Below are positions 1 through 8,887 of a stretch of DNA of 64,000 bases, in pieces. Position 1 is the stretch's first letter. Each line of letters opens with the position of its first letter. This DNA comes from a virus. Below the pieces are notes generated by a model. That model saw only the letters and a list, made by a program, of their open reading frames with translations, was not told the DNA's origin and did not search any database. The stretch spans positions 1 to 64,000 of the IMG/VR virus record IMGVR_UViG_3300028025_004617. One strand, written 5' to 3'. A program made the translations under genes and the position numbers.

Positions 1-14
1 GTATATATTTTAGT

Positions 15-167
15 ATGGCATGTAAAAATTGTAAGAATAAGGACGACTTTAAGAAAGAAATGTACGATTCCACCAAATTGGTTGATAACTGGGTTATTTG
101 GTTTGCAATTATTTGGTCCGGATTGGCAATTTATGGTTTTTATTCGTTAATCACCAAATTTTTATGA
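15..167 (+). CDS. Small membrane protein (50 aa) with N-terminal CxxC; not in ORF track
   Basis: Hand translation MACKNCKNKDDFKKEMYDSTKLVDNWVIWFAIIWSGLAIYGFYSLITKFL; its TGA overlaps the next ATG (ATGA at 164-167). Confidence 0.7.
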   Translation: MACKNCKNKDDFKKEMYDSTKLVDNWVIWFAIIWSGLAIYGFYSLITKFL

Positions 168-802
168 AAAATGGGAAATATTTTATAGTACTTTTTTCAA
201 ACAAAAAGAAAATTAAAATACTCTATAAGTGTATGCAAAAAACCACAGTATATGAGTATTGGAGGGAATTTAAAACCCAAAGAAAACCACCATTCGTTAA
301 GGTTCAAGGGGGTAAGAGAAATCAGGATGTTATATTTGAATTGGCTTTAATATTTCCAAATAATAGATGGGTAACTCAAGTATGGGTCAAAGATAGTTTA
401 GGTAGGAATGAACCAGCAATTATTGAGGATAATAAATTTCGTATTAAAGAAATTGTCCCATATTGGCAAGAAGAGTTGATTTATGATTTTCAGACCAAGA
501 AAAGAATAAGGTATCACGAAATGATGGAATACATCACATCGGTTAAAGACATTGCACAAATTTTTACGTTAAATAAGAACTTGTTCGTACAAATTGAGAA
601 TGATGTGAGAATGTTTGGTAATAAAAATAAATTTGATTCCGAAAGATTGTTTGATATCGTAAGAGAAGACTTACTAAAAAGAAAACGTGGAAATTTTATT
701 TTTGTTAAGGATATTAATACTCATCAAAGAACTCTATTATATAATTTACTTGAGAGTAAGGGGTTTAAAAGAACTGAACTTTTTAGACATTATTCGTATT
801 AA
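164..802 (+). CDS. Hypothetical phage protein
   Basis: ORF 98..802; ATG at 164 preferred because of ATGA coupling with the upstream ORF. Confidence 0.7.
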   Translation: MKNGKYFIVLFSNKKKIKILYKCMQKTTVYEYWREFKTQRKPPFVKVQGGKRNQDVIFELALIFPNNRWVTQVWVKDSLGRNEPAIIEDNKFRIKEIVPYWQEELIYDFQTKKRIRYHEMMEYITSVKDIAQIFTLNKNLFVQIENDVRMFGNKNKFDSERLFDIVREDLLKRKRGNFIFVKDINTHQRTLLYNLLESKGFKRTELFRHYSY

Positions 803-1016
803 AAATAATATCTACCAAACCGATTGTTATATTAAATGAGTCTTTTGGTTTTTCCATTTTCATTCCATATTTTTTCTGTATTGTATCGAACGCCTTTAGA
901 AATTCTTGATTTGATAGTTCTAATACGATTGTTGTTGACTTTGTATCGGCATTAATTTTTTCTAATAAGTCACTTATTATTGCCAATTGATTTAATATGT
1001 CACCTTTTCTTTCCAT
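783..1016 (-). CDS. Hypothetical protein
   Basis: 77 aa ORF in a tightly packed minus-strand run. Confidence 0.6.
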   Translation of the reverse strand: MERKGDILNQLAIISDLLEKINADTKSTTIVLELSNQEFLKAFDTIQKKYGMKMEKPKDSFNITIGLVDIIFNTNNV

Positions 1017-1197
1017 AACCTAATATCTTTAATATTTTATCTATTATAGATACTTTCTTTTCCGGTTTAAATAAGTCCGTTTTATTTAATTTTTTAATTT
1101 CTTCAATCATCTGAATCTTCTGTATCTCTATCTCCTTCTTGTCCTTCTCTATCTCCTTCTTCAACCAATCCGATGCCTGTTGTAATCTCTTGTCCAT
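1000..1197 (-). CDS. Hypothetical coiled-coil protein
   Basis: 65 aa Lys/Glu-rich ORF. Confidence 0.6.
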   Translation of the reverse strand: MDKRLQQASDWLKKEIEKDKKEIEIQKIQMIEEIKKLNKTDLFKPEKKVSIIDKILKILGYGKKR

Positions 1198-1558
1198 AGT
1201 CGTTTAATAGATTTATGTCTTTAAGTTTGTCTAACGATTCTTTCTTAAATAATTCTTGTAGTTCTTTTACTTTCTGTTGGAATAACTTTTGTTTTTCCTC
1301 TTCGTCTCTATTGATTTGCAAAATCTCCAATGCACATGCAAATACAACATCGTAACCATCTTGCGTTCCGTTTGATATCAAAGATAATAATGTAAACTTT
1401 TCATTCTTATCTTGTATTTTAATTTTAATGGACCGATATGGTTTTACAATATCTTCATATCTCCAAGTCAATGGTAATTTTATATCCAAACTCACATTCC
1501 CTTCGATCTCTCTTAAAGAATGAAAATGAGGTCTTAATGATTTTATATTTTCAAACAC
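1103..1558 (-). CDS. Hypothetical protein
   Basis: 151 aa ORF (GTG start) with acidic tail overlapping the next gene. Confidence 0.65.
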   Translation of the reverse strand: MFENIKSLRPHFHSLREIEGNVSLDIKLPLTWRYEDIVKPYRSIKIKIQDKNEKFTLLSLISNGTQDGYDVVFACALEILQINRDEEEKQKLFQQKVKELQELFKKESLDKLKDINLLNDYGQEITTGIGLVEEGDREGQEGDRDTEDSDD

Positions 1559-1562
1559 GTTG

Positions 1563-1739
1563 TTAAATTAATATATAGGTTATGATATATGATATCGATA
1601 GTAATAGTGAAATATTTTCCACCTTACCTAACGTCATAGGTTGCGGATTGTCTTGAGTAAGTTTCATCACAAACTCTAAAATTACTCTTAACGAGTAAAG
1701 TATACTCAACACAAATAAAAATAATTTAATTTGCTCCAT
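1563..1739 (-). CDS. Small two-helix membrane protein (58 aa); not in ORF track
   Basis: Hand translation MEQIKLFLFVLSILYSLRVILEFVMKLTQDNPQPMTLGKVENISLLLSISYIITYILI; fills the gap between neighbours. Confidence 0.65.
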   Translation of the reverse strand: MEQIKLFLFVLSILYSLRVILEFVMKLTQDNPQPMTLGKVENISLLLSISYIITYILI

Positions 1740-1914
1740 CATGTTTTTTCATTTCATCTAGTATGTCCTTACGATACACCGCAATAAGGAGTTTTATTTC
1801 TTGTGCATATTTTCTCGCTCTAATTGATGCACTTCGATTTCCTTTATCGTATACTTTTTGAGTATCGACTGACATTTTCTCAACTAGATCTTTAATTTTA
1901 GTTAAAGTCTGCAT
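1726..1914 (-). CDS. Histone H1-like (Hc1-type) small basic DNA-binding protein
   Basis: KGNRSASIRARKYAQEIKLLIAVYRK resembles the GNKAAGTRARK motif of Bacteroidota histone H1-like proteins; ATG at 1914. Confidence 0.7.
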   Translation of the reverse strand: MQTLTKIKDLVEKMSVDTQKVYDKGNRSASIRARKYAQEIKLLIAVYRKDILDEMKKHDGAN

Positions 1915-1953
1915 AATAATTTCAGTTTTTAATATCAATATACGGGAAAAAAT

Positions 1954-2409
1954 CTACTTTTTCAAGTTTTGTTCAAATAATTTATAAATTTCGGTTAACA
2001 TATCTAATTCAGATCTGGTCTTCCTATATTTGAAGTTGAATAACTTATCAAAATACTCGTAAATTCTAATGGGGTGGTCATCTAATTTATTAAAATAATA
2101 TGCTTCGAGGAAGAAATTCCAGAAATATTCATAATAATTACCCCTCTCTTTGAAGTATATTTTCTCCTTATTGAAGTTATCTATTGTTCTATCCCAACAC
2201 CAAGTAAAGTGGTTTCTTTGGTCTTCTTCTAATTCGGTAACGTCAGCTCCCATGAATGTTTGGTCAACTAACACATATAAAGATACAAGAAAGTCGTGAA
2301 AAAGTTCTGTTTTCTCACGACTTATATTGTAGGCTCGATGCCAAATATCTATTTGATGTTTATAACTCTCGGATGAGACAAACTCTAAATAACCCTCTCT
2401 ATTCTCCAT
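1954..2409 (-). CDS. Hypothetical protein
   Basis: 151 aa aromatic-rich ORF. Confidence 0.65.
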   Translation of the reverse strand: MENREGYLEFVSSESYKHQIDIWHRAYNISREKTELFHDFLVSLYVLVDQTFMGADVTELEEDQRNHFTWCWDRTIDNFNKEKIYFKERGNYYEYFWNFFLEAYYFNKLDDHPIRIYEYFDKLFNFKYRKTRSELDMLTEIYKLFEQNLKK

Positions 2410-2458
2410 AATCCTAACTTATTAAAATATAAGGATAAAAGAAAATAAAACGAAGATA

Positions 2459-3607
2459 TTATTGAGTTTTTTCGTTATAATTTGTAAGTTTTTTAATTTT
2501 TTCCATTTCTTCTAAAAGAACTGAATTGGTACTTACTTTAGACTCATTAACCGATTTAATTGGTAATGGTTCTTTTTTATACAACGGCTCTGATTTTTTA
2601 TCTTCAGATTTTCTTTTAACTTCCTTTTCTAATTTTTTTGGTAAATCTGTTTTAACGACATTTGCAACATCATCACTACCATTACCCATTAATCTATCAC
2701 CATCAATCGCCATTTTCAATCTTTTCTTAAATTGTTCAGATGGTTCATTGTCATATTCTAAATTCTCTAATCCACGTCCTCTTTGGTCTGCAACAAATTC
2801 GTCTTCTTCTTCTGTGTTGTTTACCTTAACACTATCACCTTCTTTGTTTTGTTCAGGGAATTTGTTGTTATTATTACCTGGAATTGATAAGTAATCTTTC
2901 ATTTTCTTATCGACACCTGATAAATATGAGTTATTTTCTACTCCACTTTCTTTATGTGATTTTTTAGCTGCATCTAAACCTGGAACCGATTCGTTAACCA
3001 TCTTAGTGATTAAGTTGATTAATTCAGATTCAGTTAAACGTAATGTTTTCTTTTTAGATTCATACATTCCACCACCACATTCACATATCTCTTTACCACA
3101 TTCTTCGCATGTTCCTTCGTTAACATCTTCCATAGTTGGTCCACCACATTCATCACATTGTTCTTCTTCTCTTAATTCTTCTTCTTCCATTTGATTCCAA
3201 CATTCCTCAACGTCATGTTCTTTTCCGTCAACAGTGAATGATTTTTCACCTTTTTCTTTGGCGTCCAACATTGCTTTAACGAATGCGTTACCTTCCATTG
3301 GTTCTTGATTTTCCATATTTGTATTTTCTTTTTCTTCTAATTCTTGTCCCATTTGGTCTAATTTTTCAATCATGTCCGCATGAGATTCGTATACTTTTTT
3401 ATCGATTAATAATTCTTTTTTTGAATGCTTATTATCTTGTATATATCTTTCAGCCTCTTCCTGTGTATTAAAAGTATCAACAGGTTCTCCTTCGTGTGTT
3501 ACGTGATAAACCTCTTTTTTACCTCCTAATGATTCCTTAATGATGGTTTTTCTTACCTCTTGGGAAACCACACTTTCAATAATTTGTGTTAGTTCGCTTA
3601 TTCTCAT
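2459..3607 (-). CDS. Acidic putative internal head / prohead core protein
   Basis: Glu-rich; IKE/VNE/LTE motifs, LRLTESELINLITKMVNE segment, Cys cluster; TATTTAT motif upstream. Confidence 0.5.
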   Translation of the reverse strand: MRISELTQIIESVVSQEVRKTIIKESLGGKKEVYHVTHEGEPVDTFNTQEEAERYIQDNKHSKKELLIDKKVYESHADMIEKLDQMGQELEEKENTNMENQEPMEGNAFVKAMLDAKEKGEKSFTVDGKEHDVEECWNQMEEEELREEEQCDECGGPTMEDVNEGTCEECGKEICECGGGMYESKKKTLRLTESELINLITKMVNESVPGLDAAKKSHKESGVENNSYLSGVDKKMKDYLSIPGNNNNKFPEQNKEGDSVKVNNTEEEDEFVADQRGRGLENLEYDNEPSEQFKKRLKMAIDGDRLMGNGSDDVANVVKTDLPKKLEKEVKRKSEDKKSEPLYKKEPLPIKSVNESKVSTNSVLLEEMEKIKKLTNYNEKTQ

Positions 3608-3608
3608 A

Positions 3609-4958
3609 CTAAATAAATATCTTAGTTATCTCATTTAATACAATTTTTTCCATTTCCTTATATGGAATACCGAATTTTTTTGATGTTTCGGTAATTGCAT
3701 CCTTTATTTCTTGGTCTTCTTTGATGAAATCCAATGCTCCGGTGTTCCCTTGATTACAATATGGGAACTTTTTACACTTATCTTTAACCTTTACAAATAC
3801 ACTATCGGGACCTCCCCACTTAGGGAAATTTTTATCTTTTACCGCTCTACCCTTGTAGATACTATCGGGACCATCAATTTTTAATGGGTTTTTACGTCCA
3901 CCCTTGGTTGTTTTACCAAAAGCCGGTACATCATATGATCCAGATGAACTTGCGTCGGTAGCCTCTTTAAATTCAATCTCCTGTTCTTCAGTTAATTTAG
4001 CATTATTAATTTTATGTATTTCTCTCTTAATCATTGGACCGAAAGCATTTCCTTCATATGAACCAGATGACGATGCGTCCGTTTGCTCTTTCGTTTCCTT
4101 TTTCGGTTCAATACCTTTTTTCTTCATATTGATTGCTATAGCCGCTTGTTGAGCGGGACTTGAAGCTTCGTTTGTTTTTGTCTTCTTCACACAATTTGGA
4201 TATCTTTTACCAAACATTGTTTTCATTCCCTTTTGTGTGTAACCCTTCCAACACTTTTCATTAAGGTCGGTTTTTATATTATTAATAACTTCTTCCTCAA
4301 TATTGGATTTTTTCAATTTTGTATAATAACTTGGGTTTTCCCATAAATGGTCCATAGCTATCTCTTTTGCTTTATCTTTATCGTCAGTATGTTCCATTTC
4401 AATTTTAATACCCATTTCCAACTCTTTCTTTAAGGATTGGACCATATTATCTATATGATAATAGTTCTTTGCGTCGTGTTTCTTTGCTATTTGAATCAAA
4501 GATTTATTATCGGCATTACCTCCCTTTAATAATTCAGATTCGTTCATATCCTCACCAATCTCACCTATAAAAACTTTGGGGTTAACACCCATCGCCGCTG
4601 CGGTACATAATCTTGTGTTTCCCGCAATAAGAATATATCTATCGCCCATTTTTAAAATTAGGGGTCTTTCATATTCATTATTTTCAATATCTTTTTTTAA
4701 TTCTTTAGGGTTTCTTTTTTTATATTTTTTCGCAATCTTCATTACTGAAACCCAATCATCCTTTTCAATTGTATTAGACTCTGTGTTTTCCAATTTAAGC
4801 CAAACATCTTCTATAAGTGTTTGTTCCTTCAATCCATCAAAAGAGCGCACGAGTTCCTCCACGGAAATGTCTATTTTCTCCTTTCTTCTTAAATCTTGCG
4901 ATGTTCTTTGAAACTCCTCTATTTCACCCTCAATATCCGGCTTAAAAATTTTTTCCAT
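3609..4958 (-). CDS. Modular protein: ParB-like N-domain + DUF5661-like domain + short motifs
   Basis: RPLIL..YILIAGNTRL (ParB/Srx-like); ELEMGIKIEMEHT..AKEIAMDHLWENPSYYTKL (DUF5661-like); CWKGY..PNCVK; duplicated TDASSSGSY. Confidence 0.55.
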   Translation of the reverse strand: MEKIFKPDIEGEIEEFQRTSQDLRRKEKIDISVEELVRSFDGLKEQTLIEDVWLKLENTESNTIEKDDWVSVMKIAKKYKKRNPKELKKDIENNEYERPLILKMGDRYILIAGNTRLCTAAAMGVNPKVFIGEIGEDMNESELLKGGNADNKSLIQIAKKHDAKNYYHIDNMVQSLKKELEMGIKIEMEHTDDKDKAKEIAMDHLWENPSYYTKLKKSNIEEEVINNIKTDLNEKCWKGYTQKGMKTMFGKRYPNCVKKTKTNEASSPAQQAAIAINMKKKGIEPKKETKEQTDASSSGSYEGNAFGPMIKREIHKINNAKLTEEQEIEFKEATDASSSGSYDVPAFGKTTKGGRKNPLKIDGPDSIYKGRAVKDKNFPKWGGPDSVFVKVKDKCKKFPYCNQGNTGALDFIKEDQEIKDAITETSKKFGIPYKEMEKIVLNEITKIFI

Positions 4959-5197
4959 TATCTAACGTTCTTTAATGATGTTTCCCAAAATGACTTTCTT
5001 TGCCACAATGTTTTAAATAATTCAACAACAACTTTAGTAGAAAGGTCAATTATTTTATCATCAATCTTTTTTGTACCTAACTCATCTTGAATAGTTTTTA
5101 CTACCATTTTGTGAACTTGAGTACTATTCATGAAATCTCTAATCTCCTTTTGGGTGATTTTTTCTATCTGTTTCTTATCTTGTTCACTAAGTGCCAT
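4958..5197 (-). CDS. Hypothetical protein
   Basis: 79 aa ORF with 1-nt stop/start overlaps on both sides. Confidence 0.65.
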   Translation of the reverse strand: MALSEQDKKQIEKITQKEIRDFMNSTQVHKMVVKTIQDELGTKKIDDKIIDLSTKVVVELFKTLWQRKSFWETSLKNVR

Positions 5198-5703
5198 TAT
5201 ATATTATTATCTCTTTGTGTTATCATTGGTTCCATGGTAGTTTTGTAAGTTTCTTCAAACTTTACTAATTTTTCCATAACGACCAAAGTCTCAGCTTCGA
5301 TTTTTAACATTTCGGCGTTTACATAAACACCACTCTCTTCACCCGCAATAAACACAAAACTCACATCTTCGTCAGTTAGTTTACCATCCAATCTAATTTG
5401 TCTTTCACTTATTGTCATCCCCGGCTCGAATTCAACGATTTGAGAAACTTGTTGTCTAAAATTATCAATTAAACCGGATATTGCAGTCTTTTGTTCATCC
5501 TGTAATCCCATATCAGACTCGTCAGTTGATAACATTTTAACGTCAACATCGTTGATTACGATAACGTCATTATTAATTTCACGTTCTTGTTCGGGTGTTT
5601 GTGGTTCTGCCTGCTCTCTTAGAGTTCTACTTGATGTCTTAGCTTCACTAATATTTCTAAGAGTGTTTAACATCTTCTTGGTAAAATCGTAATCATTTCT
5701 CAT
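5197..5703 (-). CDS. Hypothetical acidic protein
   Basis: 168 aa ORF coupled to neighbours. Confidence 0.65.
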   Translation of the reverse strand: MRNDYDFTKKMLNTLRNISEAKTSSRTLREQAEPQTPEQEREINNDVIVINDVDVKMLSTDESDMGLQDEQKTAISGLIDNFRQQVSQIVEFEPGMTISERQIRLDGKLTDEDVSFVFIAGEESGVYVNAEMLKIEAETLVVMEKLVKFEETYKTTMEPMITQRDNNI

Positions 5704-6307
5704 TTTCGTGTGTATTGTTAAAAAAGACCCTAAAATTAAATGAAGGGTTTATATCTGTATAAATACTTGAAAAGTTGGATTTACATATAATTCCCTTGAA
5801 ATTTGATATATTTTCCAAGTATCCTTGTGATGGTACTGTTTGTTTGAATATTCCATGTTCGTCACATAATTTTTCACATAATTTTGCAACAGATTTCATC
5901 TGGTCTTCTCCGTATCTATCCCAAAAATAGTAGTTTCTCCAATTACGAATATATGGTTCGGACCTATATGGGTCACCAATCCAATTATTAAGGATACCAG
6001 TGATGGTATTTTTAGAAAGCCAACCCAAGTTCTCGATTGCTATTTTAATCATCTTATTGTCAATCTTTGGGTTCCCAAAAGTTTTGGATGATTGGTTGGT
6101 GTCGAATAGTTGATAAACATCTCCTAGCTTAGAAACAACAAAATGGGGTATATCTTCATACATCCCATTTTTACGATATTTTATCATGTTAATAAAATCG
6201 TCAACTCTTCTTTGTGTATCGTATAGTAATATCTGTGTTTTCTTAGATTTTCTTCGACTGACATTTAAATTTTTATTATCAATAGTTTCAATTTCATATA
6301 TTGACAT
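5693..6307 (-). CDS. N-acetylmuramoyl-L-alanine amidase-like protein (Amidase_2 fold), catalytic site appears degenerate
   Basis: PHFVVSKLGDVYQLF, IKIAIENLG, YGEDQMKSVAKLCEKL and TDINP fit the amidase layout; the HHT position reads YDT. Confidence 0.6.
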   Translation of the reverse strand: MSIYEIETIDNKNLNVSRRKSKKTQILLYDTQRRVDDFINMIKYRKNGMYEDIPHFVVSKLGDVYQLFDTNQSSKTFGNPKIDNKMIKIAIENLGWLSKNTITGILNNWIGDPYRSEPYIRNWRNYYFWDRYGEDQMKSVAKLCEKLCDEHGIFKQTVPSQGYLENISNFKGIICKSNFSSIYTDINPSFNFRVFFNNTHENEK

Positions 6308-6317
6308 TGTTCCACAT

Positions 6318-6572
6318 TTAATTAGTGTTATTGTTTACCTCATCATCTGAATTTGGTATAATAACTTTATTATTTTCCAAATCATAAATTACTTGATTTG
6401 GGTTTATCTCATCCTTTTCCAAATATAACTCTTCGTCGTATTGTTTAGATTTTTTTCCTTTATTTGGTCCGTGTCCATAATAATAAGGAATATGTGTACC
6501 TATATTTGAAAACCTGAGGTTACTCGATAATTGGGTTGAATTTAATTCCTGTGTTTGGGGTTCTGTTTCTAC
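6318..6572 (-). other. -1 frame extension (84 codons) of the 6569..8023 gene, reachable through slippery A AAA AAG
   Basis: Stop-free, ATG-less frame VETEPQTQELNS...DDEVNNNTN* begins at the A10 run and ends 10 nt before the next gene. Confidence 0.6.
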
Positions 6573-8023
6573 TTTTTTTTTTCATCATCATTTGATGAAT
6601 TTTGGTCAATCGCTTCGTTAACTACTTTTAACATTTCGTCAATCTCTTTAATTTCTGATTGATAAACAGGTTCGTCAGTTAACTCTTCGGGTGTCGCAAA
6701 TGGTTTAGGTACTTGTTCTTCCCAATATCGTTTTTCCATTTCCTCATCCCAACCATCGTCTTCCATTGATTGTTGATTAAATTCCAAAATGGCTTCCGTT
6801 AAATAATTCTCATCTTGGAGAATTTTTTCCGTTTCAGGGGTTATAGTGGAAAAATTTTCATTTTCTTCTTCAATTGTTGGTTCTTCTTGGAAAATTTTCT
6901 GCATCTCCTCCTCAGTAAAGAATGGTGGTTCGTCTTCTAATCCATCCATTAATGTTCCATCCCAATCGGAGACCTCATCATCTAAATCGTATCTCTCACC
7001 GAATGGTGCAACTGATTCCATTTCTTTCTTAAATGCATCTTCAGCCTCTTTAATTAATTCGTTATCGAATGGTTCATCATATAGTCCTAACTCTTGGTCA
7101 TTCTTCATAATTTCGGCTAACAACTCTCCTCGTTTTTTATATTCTTCTGCTGCAGATTTTAATTTTTCGTTTGGTTCGGTTTGTTTTAATAACGCTTCTT
7201 CTAATATTTTTAAATCATTTTCCGATAAATGTACTCTTGTAGTTTCATCAACAAAGTTTTTTAAATCTTCGGGTGTTGATTCATCATCTTTACCTTTCAT
7301 TACTAATTGGTTGAAGGCGATAATCAAAGCGATAGCCAATGGGTCAAATACAATTACAATTAGAATGATAAAAAATTTAACGACAGTGTTTAATTCAACA
7401 CCAAACGCCTCTGCTACAAATCTAAAACCCCCAACTTCCTTTTCAAGTCCCAAGTTATCGGTCTTAATTTTATTTATCTCGTCATTTTCTTTTGCGTTTT
7501 CTTCTTGTAATAAAGATATCTTGTCGTTAAGTTTTGCAATTTGCTTATCTCTATTATCTATAGAACGAAGTAAACGTGAGTTAACTTTACCACCATCGAT
7601 AATTTTACCTTGGTTAGAATTGAACTCGGTAATTTGTGTCGATAATTGTTTTATTTGAGCTTCGTTCTGTTGAATCTTTGTTGTGTGAATCAATACTTCT
7701 CTATCGACTTGTTGTAATGCAAGATTTTGTTGTTGAAACGCATTTGATAGGTATCCAAAAATGCCTGCTGATGTGATTAACATTAAAATTCCCACAGCAA
7801 ATGATAGATACCATTTATTGAATCCTTTTATCTCATTCCATCTTTGTTTCAAATAAGTCGCAGAAACAAGTTTAGCCAATTCTAAAGAACTTGCCATGAC
7901 CATAACCGCAACCGCAGCACCACTAAATAGTACTCCCAATCCAGTTACTGAAAAATATGCAGCACTACCCGCAATTAAAATTGCCGATAATGCCACTAAG
8001 TATTTTAACCAATTTTTTTCCAT
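6569..8023 (-). CDS. Multi-pass membrane protein with coiled coil and acidic C-terminal tail
   Basis: Three N-terminal hydrophobic helices, a coiled coil, a fourth helix FIILIVIVFDPLAIALIIA, then an acidic tail ending EKKK-TAG. Confidence 0.75.
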   Translation of the reverse strand: MEKNWLKYLVALSAILIAGSAAYFSVTGLGVLFSGAAVAVMVMASSLELAKLVSATYLKQRWNEIKGFNKWYLSFAVGILMLITSAGIFGYLSNAFQQQNLALQQVDREVLIHTTKIQQNEAQIKQLSTQITEFNSNQGKIIDGGKVNSRLLRSIDNRDKQIAKLNDKISLLQEENAKENDEINKIKTDNLGLEKEVGGFRFVAEAFGVELNTVVKFFIILIVIVFDPLAIALIIAFNQLVMKGKDDESTPEDLKNFVDETTRVHLSENDLKILEEALLKQTEPNEKLKSAAEEYKKRGELLAEIMKNDQELGLYDEPFDNELIKEAEDAFKKEMESVAPFGERYDLDDEVSDWDGTLMDGLEDEPPFFTEEEMQKIFQEEPTIEEENENFSTITPETEKILQDENYLTEAILEFNQQSMEDDGWDEEMEKRYWEEQVPKPFATPEELTDEPVYQSEIKEIDEMLKVVNEAIDQNSSNDDEKKK

Positions 8024-8027
8024 AATA

Positions 8028-8837
8028 TTATAAATAATTTAAGAGACTAAAGCTCTCATTTCTTAATTTTTTAATTGCCTTGTCACGTAGTTGTCTAATA
8101 CGTTCTTTAGTACAACCAAACTCTTCACCCAAATCTTCCAAATTAGATTCAATTCCTGTTAGCCCATAATATCTTTCAATGATTACTTTCTCTCTATCAT
8201 CTAACACACTTAACATTGCTGCAACCTTTTTCTTAATCTCTTCCGGTGTGTTCATTAATTCTTCCGGATTCAAAGCGTCTTTGTTTGGGATTACATCAAT
8301 TAGTTGGTCACCTTCGTCATTAATTTGTTTATATAAACCAACACAATAAGGTAAGTTAGAAATTGGTTCGTCTCCTGTAGAAATGAAAAACTTATCTTCA
8401 TTTTTAATTCCTTCTTCCTTTCTTGCTTTTTGTGCCTCTTGGATTAAATTAGATGGAATACGAATTGTTCTTGAATTCTCATTAAGAGATGCCATGATGG
8501 ATTGTCTAATCCACCACACCGCATACGATATAAATCTCAACCCACTCGTTGGGTCAAATCGTTCAGCGGCTTTAATTAAACCAATATTACCTTCCGAAAT
8601 TAAATCAAGTAAATCCATACCTTGATTTTGGAACATCTTTGCTGACGAAATAACAAATCTTAAATTACTAACAACAAGTTCGTTATATAATTTTGTTTTC
8701 TCCTCCTTAGTAATTTTTTTATTCTTTAATAACTCAAAGATTTCATCTTGTCTTTCGTGTGTCATAACAGGAATCTTACGGATGTCCTTTATGTAGCTTT
8801 GGATTTCATCGGGATTTAGAATGATAGACTTCTTCAT
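8028..8837 (-). CDS. Phage-encoded sigma-70 factor, RpoD/SigA-like (Bacteroidota type, no region 1.1)
   Basis: NLRFVIS..DLISEGNIGLIKAAERFD..FISYAVWWIRQSI; region 4 HTH LEDLGEEFGCTKERIRQL. Confidence 0.92.
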   Translation of the reverse strand: MKKSIILNPDEIQSYIKDIRKIPVMTHERQDEIFELLKNKKITKEEKTKLYNELVVSNLRFVISSAKMFQNQGMDLLDLISEGNIGLIKAAERFDPTSGLRFISYAVWWIRQSIMASLNENSRTIRIPSNLIQEAQKARKEEGIKNEDKFFISTGDEPISNLPYCVGLYKQINDEGDQLIDVIPNKDALNPEELMNTPEEIKKKVAAMLSVLDDREKVIIERYYGLTGIESNLEDLGEEFGCTKERIRQLRDKAIKKLRNESFSLLNYL

Positions 8838-8887
8838 ACTTATTGGTTTTAAATGGTGATTTGTATGTTAAAGATAAGTAAAATATT

